Assembly: GCA_028534125.1 (NCBI GenBank)
Contig: CM052817.1
Location: forward strand, 74,898,001 to 74,962,000
Direction of reading: 5' to 3'
DNA: 64,000 nucleotides
DNA from: Lama glama
Taxonomy: Eukaryota
Each line of letters begins with the position of its first letter. Position 1 is the first letter of the stretch. Position numbers and translations under genes: made by a program. Below the pieces are notes generated by a model. The model saw nothing but the letters and a program-made list of their open reading frames with translations. It ran no database searches and was not told the DNA's origin. Positions 14,400 to 24,575 of the stretch are shown here, one piece after another.

Positions 14400-14871
14400 G
14401 AATTGGAACTCCTACTGCTCTATTTTTTACTTGGAGGGGTTATAAAGCAAAATTTTCCATTTCCCGAACTCTGCAGCTATCATTTTTGAGGCAAACAAGT
14501 TTCAGCCAATTAGAAGTCCTCAGGACAGATGTCAGAAGGCAGTAGATAGGGAGATGCTAAAGTCTGGCAGCTCCTGGCTCCTGTTGCTGGTATGTAAGAT
14601 CTTTTCAGAAGCAGTATTCGTTTCCCATTTGCAGGCAGCACTGGAAATTTATTGCCTCTGTCAGAGCTCCAGGAGCAGTGTTAGAAGCAGTCGCTGCCCT
14701 AGGGAAGCAGTTCTGTCTGGCTCTGCAAGTCCCAGAGGAGTACAGTCTAGAGTCTGCTCCATCAGCCCTTTCAAAGTTTTTGGAAGCATTTAAATTGCAG
14801 AATAAAAATTTTCTTTGTTTAAAATGACTCCAAATGGCTTCTGCTTCTGTCATGGAAATCTGACTAATACA
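14400..14871 (+). mobile_element. Old ERVL-class solo LTR (LTR33-like)
   Basis: ctgcagct...cagccaattaga near the 5' part, AATAAA at ~14801, and terminal CTGACTAATACA. The 5' boundary is uncertain. Confidence 0.55.
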
Positions 14872-16439
14872 GGTTGTCTTTGCCCCTTTCTAATAAGTAT
14901 AAAAAGTTTAAGGGGTTCAGGTGAGATGTTAGTAGTTTGAATTCTAGGAAAAGAGGAAGAGTTTGCTAAAACGCTGCCCAGTATTTCTCCAAGAAAACTC
15001 ACTGACACATGGGAAACACCAATTCGTCTAGCTGGATACTATCATGTTATGTATCTATCTCTCTCTATATGACTGTTAAGTCTTATGCACTGATCAGCTA
15101 ATGACTAGTGTGTAGAGAAAATAACTAGGAGACTAGTCTACATAAATAATAAGTGTCATGGGTCAACACCATGGTGAAACCATATATGTTTTAGTTGTAC
15201 ATAAAGAAGGGAAATAAATTCTACTGAAAGAACATTGCTCCAATAGATTAATTTTGATGACTGCAAACACCTTTGTGCCAGTGTGTAATGCAATATCCCC
15301 TTGTGAGGATAACCACATTTTGATAAATAAGCAAAAGGATCTGCAGGCTTCACATGAAGACTTAGAAAGAACAATTCTGTGGTCAGCCACTGGTAGATAC
15401 TTTTTAGAAGACCTAGCATAGAGAACTAGAGAAAAAAGGAGAAAAATGAGAGTTAGGAGGACTGGGCTCATGGACACATAGGAGACATTCCCTGGATCTA
15501 CCACAAATAGTTAGACAGAAACCCGAATGAGGTCTTGATACAGAGAGGAGGAAGGGCCAGCCAAACAGCATTTTTTCCCTATTATTGGCACCTTCTGTTT
15601 GCACTCCAGGAGACATGGCTTGTGAAACCAGACCTAATGTGTTTAGGATGGTGTTATATTCCCAGGGCTTAGCAACATGCCCGGCACCTTGTTGGTGTTT
15701 AATAAATATTTTTTAAAGGAAATAATAGGCATAAATTCATTAAATAAATTCATTATAAATATTTAATGAATAAATGTAAAAGAAAAATTAATGAAATAAA
15801 GATTGCATAAATGAATGCACTTATAGTAAAGAGATCATGCACTGGAAAGTACCCTGTTGAACTTAAAGTACTGATTTGTCCTCCTAAATACACAGCTTCC
15901 AGGGAGCGACACTGATGCTAAAGAAAACAGATCTCATTATCTATTTTCCCTTTTAATAAGGACTTGGAATCATATTGTCAACAGTAAGAATGGTCCTAGG
16001 ATCATTTATTTTGCACTGTGTTTTGGGAACTAAAATTGTCTTCTGTTTTCATAAGTGATAAAAGCAATGACTGTGTGACCCTGGAAATTGGCTGGGTCAG
16101 TCTTGACAGTTTTTGGACGGTAGCCTAGTAAATGGTGACAAATCTCTGGAGAGCTCTGTGTGACAAATGGATTTTTCTTTTGAAAAAGAAATAGCACAGC
16201 AATGGCATTGCTTCTGTAGTGTGAACTTTCCAGTTCTAAGTAGAGCTATTTTGGGCAATTGAGACACATTCCTCTAATAATCTTGACCCTGCTGAAGATC
16301 TACTCCACTGCTTAAAGAGAACAGGAAAACTGTCTTCACTCACGCTGTATAAAATATGGTTGATTAGGTACTGCATTGCTAAATTTTTGTGGTCAGAATT
16401 CCCAATTTACTGACGATCAAAATGTTCAACACATTTTGG

Positions 16440-18070
16440 TCCATTAATTTCCTTTATCCAACACATATTTATTATGTAACATAATGTACCTGGGACCATT
16501 ATAGATGTGGAGGTTACAGCAGTGAACAAAACAGACAGAAATCCCTGCCACCAGGAAGCTTATATTTTCAGTGGCGTGCATCCAAGATTACAAAAAACAA
16601 GAAGGTAAATTGTGTAATATATTAGAAGGTGCTAAGAACTCTGGAGGAAAAAATAAAGCAGAGAAAAAGAGAGGCATGAAGAGGTCTAGGCTGCAATATT
16701 AAACAGATTATTCAGAGAGGGCCTCATGGAGAAGGTAATCTTTTGAGTCAAGGTCTAAATTTGTTAGAGATGAAGTGGTACAGATAACTTGCAAAAGATC
16801 ATTCCAGGCAGAAGGGACTGTACTTACATTGCTCTGAGTTGAAAGCACCTCAAGTATTTTTGAGGAAGAATAAGAATTCAATTGTTTTTGGAGCAGAATT
16901 AGCAAAGGGGGAGAATAGCAAGAGATGATGTCAAGAGGCAGCGTTTCTGCAAGAAGCCTTGTCAGTTATTTACAGTACGAGCCCAGTGGGCACCACTCAC
17001 ACTGACTACGCTCTGACAAAGTTTGTATGATGCAGTATCACTGGCAAGAAGGAATGGGTGCAGATCATGTAAGCCCTTACATGCCAGAATAAGGGTGTTG
17101 GTATTTATCTTGGGTGAAATGAGGAGCTACTACTGGAAAGTTCTGAGCAGATAGATGATGTAGACTATCATTAAAAAAAAAATTCTTCTGGCTGCTATGT
17201 TGAGAGCTGGCTAAAAGGAAATAAGGAGGACAGTAGGAGCCAGTTTCTGTAACAGTTTAGATGAGAGATACTGATAGCTTGGAGCAGAGTGGGGACAAGG
17301 TAACTAGTGAGAAGTGATTTTGTTCTGGGTATGTTGTGAAGGTGGAGTCACAGAATTTGATGCTGGCTTGAATATGAAACATGAGAGATAGTGTTCAACT
17401 AGAGGGATTCCCAGTCTCACTCCATCAAGTGAGACTGGGAAGTTTAAGAATTAAACAGCTTTGGGGGAGAAAGATAGGACATATGTTTGAGATTAGACAG
17501 CCAACTGATTATCTCAGGTAGGAAATCAAATAAATAAGCTCAGCATTTAGACAAGGGAGTTCAGCTGGAGACCTAAATTTGGTGCGTTATCAGCATATCA
17601 ATTTTACTTAGGTCATAAAACTCATTAAGATCACCAACAGAATGAATGTGTAAACAGAGAAGAGGTCTAAGGGTAAATCTTTGAGACAGATTAACATTAA
17701 GAAGTCAGAGAGAAGACATCCAGAAAATATATTGAGAAAGAGTATTGCATGTGAGATGGGATGAATACCAGGACTTTCCAACGAGAACTAAGAATTGCCC
17801 ATTGGATTTGACACTGGTTGTCCTTTAACGAGCTGGAAAAGAAGATCTGGTGGAGTGGTGACGGGCAAGCAAATCAGAGTGGATTTAAGAGAGAAGAGGG
17901 GAAGCTGAAATGGTGACAGTGAGTTTACTATTTTAAGTTTTGCTGAAATGTAGAGTCAAGAAATGGTGCTGCATCTGGAGGGAGAAACAACATAAGCATA
18001 GTATTATGTAAAGATGTGAGAAATAACAGCATGTTTAAAGAGAAGGAAATGATATAGAGAGGGGAAAACT
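16440..18070 (-). mobile_element. L2 (L2a-like) LINE, 3' portion, cut at 18070 by the GAMT retrocopy
   Basis: Antisense L2 hallmarks: acagcagtgaacaaaacagacagaaatccctgcc, attccaggcagaaggga, ctggctgctatgttgaga, aagaattgcccattggattt, gaaataacagcatgttt. Confidence 0.85.
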
Positions 18071-18102
18071 GTGTGTGTGCGTGCGTGCGTGCGTGTGTGT
18101 GT
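18070..18102. repeat. (TG)n/(TGCG)n microsatellite at the retrocopy tail position
   Basis: tgtgtgtgtgcgtgcgtgcgtgcgtgtgtgtgt. Confidence 0.9.
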
Positions 18103-18104
18103 AG

Positions 18105-19150
18105 TGTTTTCCCACCGAAATTGGCGAAACCCAGTGTTAGCATTTAATTCATCCTCAAGGCCCTGGGAGGAAGGTAGTGGTAATCCCATTAGAAGGTTAG
18201 GGGAGTTTGCTGGCGCCACGCAGCTGGTGTGCATGTGTACCGGGTCTGAGAGTCCACAGCCTGCACTGCCCCCGACGATGGCCCTGAATAGGGGCGTTGG
18301 GGATTGGGGTTTCTTGAAGCCCAGAGTCCTCGGGGTGGTGTAGGGGTGGGCTCAGTGCTTGGTGTCGAGGGATGTGATCATGCGCTGGAAGGCAGGTGGA
18401 ACAGCCGCACTTGGCCCGTGAGACCGCTCTGTGACCTGTGTGTGGACGCTCTCCTGTCTGAAGCCCGCCTCCAGCAGGGAGGGCACCTGCGTCTCCTGGA
18501 AAGTGGTAGTGATGTCTGAGTACTTGAACTTCATCAGCTCCCCTCTCAGGAGGTGAGGCTGCAGTAGGTGAGGACCTCCCCCAGCTCCCCGGCTCCTTCT
18601 GGCTTCAACAGGCAAAAGGCAGGGTCCATAATGAAGCTGAACTGGTGTGTGTGCCAAGTCTCTTCAGATGTGTGGTACGGGATCCCATCAAAGTGACTTT
18701 TTGCAAGGTGGGCGCCACGTTCTCCCACAGGCCTTTCAAGGGAACTACCTTGTGGGGCTCTGCCAGGTCTAGTCCTGTAGCCACTGGAAAACACTGTCAT
18801 TGCACTCAGTGATTCAGTGCTTGTCTTTGGGGGCCAGCCTCCTGCACCTTCGTGGCTGCGATGGCCATGCCAAAGCCCACCTCCAGGACCCGGGCCCCTT
18901 TGGAGGCGGCAGCGGCAGTCAGCGCGTGCAGGTTGGGGGTCTCCCTGCGCTCCATCCCCGGCTTGCCCAGAATCTGCAGGAGCGTGTCCGCCGCGTCGTA
19001 GCCCACGACCCTCCACGCGGGGCTGCCGTTCTCTCCCCGCGCGAAGATGGGCATCGCTGCGCGGCGCTGGTGCTGCGGGCTGGACCCTGTGCCTCACAAG
19101 CTCCGGACGTGCAGGGCTGTGTCCCTGCAGGGTCTTCTGGGCAGAGGGCC
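18105..19150 (-). pseudogene. GAMT: Processed pseudogene of guanidinoacetate N-methyltransferase (5' UTR, whole CDS remnant ~19071-18352, 3' UTR)
   Basis: Minus-strand peptides in shifting frames match GAMT end to end with no introns: [134 protein letters not shown]. The start codon is lost (ACC at 19069-19071), there are several frameshifts and three Trp-to-stop changes, and ATTAAA lies at 18143-18148 (minus). Confidence 0.95.
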
Positions 19151-19214
19151 GGGAATGATCTTCTTGAACAGTTGGGAAAGGACAGAATTGAGTTTCAAGA
19201 GTATAGAACGATGG

Positions 19215-19505
19215 TTTTTGCATTTCTAGTTCTTTTATTCATTGTTTTTAAGACAGAAGCCAAGACTGTGTGCTGCCCTCACAGAACGCCGGTCCGCAGT
19301 ATGTATTTCGGTCACTGCTAACAGTTTATGGGAATAAGTGGTACTTATGCATTCAAAAAGACTTTACTAATTGATTATGACCACTTCAGTAACTAACTAT
19401 GAAGATATTATAATTTAATGTTTTTTTTCTGTGTAGACACCTTCACATTTCAAATTAAAATCAAACCTATTATTACATTTCCATTTTGTTATCACCACGT
19501 TGAAG
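19215..19505 (-). pseudogene. Probable 5'-truncated retrocopy (mRNA 3' end) of unknown parent
   Basis: Non-L2 sequence interrupting an L2. On the minus strand it ends AATAAA (19234-19239), then 14 nt, then AAAAA (19215-19219). No ORF recognised. Confidence 0.45.
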
Positions 19506-19548
19506 CAGTAGTTGTAGTAATGGGGCATGCAGAAGTTCTCTTTCTATG

Positions 19549-19596
<48 letters not shown>
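19549..19596. repeat. Compound (TA)11(CA)13 microsatellite
   Basis: Read directly from the sequence. Confidence 0.95.
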
Positions 19597-19601
<5 letters not shown>

Positions 19602-21797
19602 TTTTTCCCCAGTGAAATATTGACGCTCATCAGCTGAGAGTGTAGAGGGGCAAGATGTATCATAGTTTACAGAAAGAGAAGGTATGAAACTGTGATCTAG
19701 GAGAGTAAGGTTAGGAACAAAATAAGGACTTGTTGCTTAATCTCTGGGCAGCAATGAGGGGCCACTTGAGGTCTGTGGCCACTGAGGTCTTGGCTTTAAA
19801 GTGAGAACAGTTCAGTGTTGGTCCCAGCCACATTCATTTTCAGGGTTACAGGCATAGACTAGGTAGAGATTTGGATTTAAATGGAGTTGAAGCTTTACAG
19901 GGGAATATGATGAATCCAGAAGCCTAAAGAAGTTCAGAAAGGATTCAAGGGAATGCCGATGCTGATTGGTTCTTGAGAAAAGCCGAATAAGGAGAAAAGC
20001 AAGGACCTGAGAAGTGGGAGGGGCAGCAAAGATGTGAGATGAGGCTGTCTCGGGGAATGCCAGAACGGCATCTCAGTACCTTTCTCCTCACTGCTGCCTC
20101 TGCTGCATGGAAAGATCTGGTTCTAGATTTAACTTAGTAGCAAGAGAAATGATACCAGATATTAAAATTCTGGAGCTTCTAACAATGACTTTACGCTGGA
20201 AGGAATAACGTTCAAGATTCTAACATGTGTAAAGAGTCAGATGGAAACAGGAAGCATTATCCATCCCATTATGACATTTCTATAGTGACTGTAAGCAGAA
20301 AGATGCAGAAAAAAAAAGATATTCAAAATAGTTTTGCTTAATACAAATCACAGCATTTTCACAGTATGTTCATTTGTAATTTTATCTCAAGTAAATAATG
20401 CACCTAATTTACCTTGCCATAACTCTCCATTCTTACTACCTCAAATATCTATTCATGACATACATCTTTTTCTTTTTTTTTTTTTGCCAATCTTCTATTT
20501 GATTGCTTATGTTCCTGGAGTAAAACAGTGGTTTAAGTGAAATGCTTAGGGGTATGTTTGCAGGTGGGTGGGTGGGTGTGTGTGTCTGAAGCAGACAAGT
20601 TGAAGAGGGCAACTTGCCCTTTTTGAAGTTGGCTAGAATGTCCTTCATTTTTAAGTTTTGCACATATTTCCAAACTTTTTGGATGCTTCCACAATAATAT
20701 AGCTGATGATTTGGAATAATTAATTTAAGCCCATCACTTTGCAGAAGTAGATTTGCATAAACTATTACTTACTCTGAGCAATGGAATATATTTCTAATAT
20801 TATTTTTTGAGTCAAGCGGAAATTTCCCTTAGGAGTTATTTTTTCCCCTTAATGTCAGCTTAATGCATTTATGGAAACTGCTTTAAACATTTGGTGGAGG
20901 AATGAACCATCCCTCTCATTGTAAATTTCTGCCCCTACCTCCAAAATACAAGGTGTTATTACATTTTGTCCTTCTGTGACATCCTGTGCCTTTTCTAAGA
21001 GTTAAAATAATTCCCATCTGTGATTGTTTCCAATTTTGTGGAAATCTTACTATCATGTAAAGTAAATTTCATCAGACAAAAAGTAAGCTTATGTTAATAA
21101 ACGGTACCTATATAATCAAAAATCTTAAGTAAATTATGATCACTTAAGTAACTGCCTATAAGGATGATTAAATTACTCTATTTTTCTACAGACATGTTGT
21201 CATACCAAATACTATATTTCCATTTTGTTATCTTTCATGTTAAAGTGGCATCGTATTTAGAAATTAAAGTATTGACACAGTTTTCATCTCAAAACAACTC
21301 CCCTTCAAGACTCCAATTCTGCTGTATTATTAACCAGCTTTAACTCTCTCTGCTGTCAACATGTTTGAACACAATTTCTCATATTCTCATATTGCTCACG
21401 TTACTGCAGAAATGACTGCAGGGAACTGAAGTGTTGACTCTCAAGAGGTAATCTCAGAATGATGAAAATGTTCAGTCACTAGAGATGAAGTCTAAAAGAA
21501 ACTATCAAGCTGAAAGAATTTTTCAAATTTAAAAAACAAAAGAGGGAAAAAAGGAAAAAGAAAAAAAAACATCTGGTAATTCATGCTTTTGGTGGATTAT
21601 CCAATTTAAATAGGGTATATTCAGTAGAATAGGGGTTAAATTAAAAAAAAATCTTGAAAACCTTAGCTCTAGATTAGCTTAATCATTTAATAATAAGAAC
21701 AAGTTTGGTCATTGAAGCATTAAAATTAAAATCTGCCAGTGAAAGTTAATTATGCTATCATTGAGCATTTTAAGAATTCACTCACAAAACTGCTATC

Positions 21798-21896
21798 CAG
21801 AGTGTGTATATGTCCATGAATGACTGAAAAATTGTGCTGAACACTGGAATTTGACACAACATTGTAAAATGATTATAAATCAATAAAAAATGTTAA
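21798..21896 (+). mobile_element. Young, heavily 5'-truncated L1 3' end with a perfect 12-bp TSD
   Basis: TSD AAAACTGCTATC at 21786-21797 and 21897-21908; ends AATAAAAAATGTTAAAAAA; near-identical reverse complement of the 3' part of 59817-60074. Confidence 0.85.
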
Positions 21897-22109
21897 AAAA
21901 CTGCTATCTAATGATTGATAATTAGGCATAAATTTCATTATCAACATTTCTTAAAAAGTGTTAAGCCACATATTTAGGATATTCTATATAAATATTCCTT
22001 CAAAAGGTCATAGACAATGTGACAATTTGAATGTAGGCAAATCTCAAAACAGCTTAAGAGAAAACAATGCAATGAAAAAGCATTGGAGAGGGAATGAGTT
22101 CAAACTTTG

Positions 22110-22580
22110 TATCAGAAAAACAAAAATGAAAATAAAAACCAGTGGATTGAAAATAATAGCTTATATTTCTTGAGTAACTGGAAATCTGAAGATAAGTGGT
22201 TGGTTCAGAAGTTCAAGAATGCCAGAAGTGAGGTCTCTTGAATCTCTTGGCCTTTCCTTAATAGTTTTAAGATGGATGTCTTAGTCTCAGCCAACAGGAC
22301 CATATACTAGGCAAGAGAAAGGAATAAAGCAAAGGGCAGAAGGGCAAACAGCAGCCATATCTGTCCTCCTTTCCTGGAGCTTTCCTGGAAGTCCCATACC
22401 ATGACTTATGCTTACATCTAATCAGCCAGAATTATGTTAAGTGTTCACTACCTGAAATAAAAGCTGAAAAATCAGTCCTTTATCTAGATGTTTTGGATCC
22501 ACGAGCAAACTTTGGCTTTATTCACTAGGAAGAATGTGAAAATGGGCACTGAGTATGCATTTAGAAATGATGGCCAAGTA
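22110..22580 (-). mobile_element. Old MaLR LTR (MLT1J/K/L-like)
   Basis: Antisense MLT1 motifs: aagatgg..., tttcctggaagtccca, cttacatctaatcagccagaatt, aagctgaaaaat. Confidence 0.5.
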
Positions 22581-22630
22581 TTAAGACATCTGCACCCTGA
22601 AATCAGAATGTAGAGATAAGAATTCTTATG

Positions 22631-23161
22631 TCCTAGAAAGTCTAATTTGAAAAGATACATGCACCCCGATGTTCACAGCAGCACTATTTACAAATAGGCA
22701 AGACATGGAAGCAACCTAAATGTCCATTGACAGAGGATTAGATAAAGAAGTTGTGGTGTATATATACAATGGAATACTACTCAGCCATAAAAAGAATGAA
22801 ATAATGCCATTTGCAACACCATGGATGGACTTAAAGATTGCCATACTAAGTGAAGTAGATCAATTAGAGAAAGGCAAATACCACGTGATATCAATTATAT
22901 GTGGAATCCAAAAGAATGGCAGAAATGAACTTGAAATGGCACTTATTTACAAAACAGATACAGACTCACAGACATAGGAAAAACACTTATGGTTACCAGA
23001 GGGGAGGGGAGGAGGGATAAATTAGGGGCTTGGGATTTGGAGATACAAACTACTATATATATGATAGATACACAACAAGATCCTATTGTTTAGCACAGGG
23101 AACTATATTCAATAGCTTATGATAACCTATAATGATGATAAAGAATATGAAAAAGAAAAAA
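22631..23161 (+). mobile_element. L1 3' fragment (ORF2 C-terminus, 3' UTR, A-tail)
   Basis: aaaagatacatgcaccccgatgttcacagcagcactatttac...aatggaatactactcagccataaaaagaatgaaataatgccatttgc is the L1 ORF2 end. A-rich tail; degenerate TSD AAG(A/C)ATTCTTATG. Confidence 0.92.
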
Positions 23162-23696
23162 AAAGCATTCTTATGCCTTGTGGCTAAGCAGCCCACTTCT
23201 ACTCTTATGTATAAAAGGTACACAAGAGTGCTGATCTAAGAGGTTACAGGACAACAGTGGATTAGAATACATTAATTAGGCGAGGTGACACGAGAATCTG
23301 GAAAACTGGAATTTCAAAAGGTAGAATTCTAAGCAAAAGTGATCAGTACAGGTGGATTTAGGGTCTCTGAGGCCCTAAAGCTTAGGGAGAAAAGTAGGAA
23401 TTCAGGTCCCACATAAGCCACACAGTCTCATCTCCTAATTCCCAACTCAAAGCTTCTTCTGACACCAAATCAATTTCTTCTTCCTTTCCTCAATATTTCA
23501 TGATCCTTTTGGAGATTCATAAAGGCCAGGATTATCAGGAATATATTTTATATTGCATAAATTTCATATTTCTAAGGACACAGCAGGTTACCAATAATCA
23601 CTATGGATAAATGTGCATTAATTAGGGATTTATGAAATACTGTCCATTATTTTGATTCTAATTTGATATACCTTCTTCTGCATCATTATGTGTGTG

Positions 23697-23905
23697 GGTC
23701 AAAGTTTAGAAGGCTTTTTCTCTCAAGAGAGATGTAGTAAATATTTTTGGCTTTGCCAGCAACATAATGTCTCTGTCACATATTTTTTTTGTTTTGTTTA
23801 CTTGGTTTTTACAACCATTTAAAAATGTAAAGCCCACTCTTAGTATACCAATGATACAAAAACAAGCTGCCGGACAAATCCCTCAGGCAATAGTTTCCTG
23901 ATTCA
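23697..23905 (+). mobile_element. MER58-family hAT MITE
   Basis: tagtaaatatttttggctttgc...acaaccatttaaaaatgtaaa...tacaaaaacaagctgccgga...atagtttcctga. Confidence 0.65.
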
Positions 23906-24505
23906 CAGACAGGTCGTTGCTGAAGAAATGTATGTGTTAGAAGAGTGGAAGATGTTGTTTCGGGCACTATTTTGTGCTCTTCCTCACACTGCTCACTCTG
24001 CTTGGATGCTCTCCCCTGCCTTCTGCCTCAAGCACATCTACTCATTTTTCACAAATATCATTACCTCAAATGTCTCTGTTTACTGTTTTTCTTCCTTTTA
24101 TAACTAACCTGTGTCTCCTTTGTGGCTTTGCTGGGCTCTGTACATTTCTCTCAAAAGCCTGAAAAGCCATTTTGTTAAATTTCAGTAAAATCTCTGAGAA
24201 TAAGCTGCATCTCATTCATTTTTTGCATCCCAGGTGCTGAGTAAAGTGCTTAGCAGATAATACATATTCACTGATTTGCTGTTGTGGAAAGGACAGGAAG
24301 AAAAGAGGGAGAAAGGAAGGAAAGGTAGAAAGAAAGGAACAGACACTGAACAAATGAAAGATGGGAGGTACTTTTTCCACACTGGAGGAAGTGTCTGAAA
24401 AATTTTGGACATAATTATAAAGCAATAATTCCAACAATTCGAGTTCACATATACATGTATCAATTCTATAAAATTTTTTTTCACTTTTTTCTTTAAAAGC
24501 ACAAC

Positions 24506-24575
24506 TTTTTTTTTAATTGAAATACCATCGGTTACAATGTGTCAATTTCTGGTGTACAGCACAATGTCCCAGTCA
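24506..24575 (-). mobile_element. Very short L1 3'-end insertion with a ~17-bp TSD
   Basis: T-run followed by aattgaaatac...gtcaatttctggtgtacagcacaat; TSD TTAAAA(G/A)CACAACTTTT at 24493-24509 and 24576-24592. Confidence 0.75.

Larger units (their letters stand above)
19152..20050 (-). mobile_element. Continuation of the same L2 (19152-~19214 and ~19505-20050)
   Basis: ggaatgatcttcttga... and later agaagttctc...cagtgaaata...tcatcagctgagagtg follow the L2 consensus order after the breakpoint at 18070. Confidence 0.65.

Noticed and set aside
18546..19321. 225-aa, 173-aa and 113-aa ORFs as new genes
   Set aside because: They are shifted or antisense frames of the GC-rich GAMT pseudogene; GAMT similarity hops between frames.
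18061..19610. Apparent terminal inverted repeats (GGGGAAAACTGTGTGTG ... CACACACAGTTTTTTTTTCCCC) suggesting a DNA transposon carrying GAMT
   Set aside because: Both ends are low-complexity microsatellite next to L2-derived purine or pyrimidine runs. L2 resumes inside the interval and there is no TSD.
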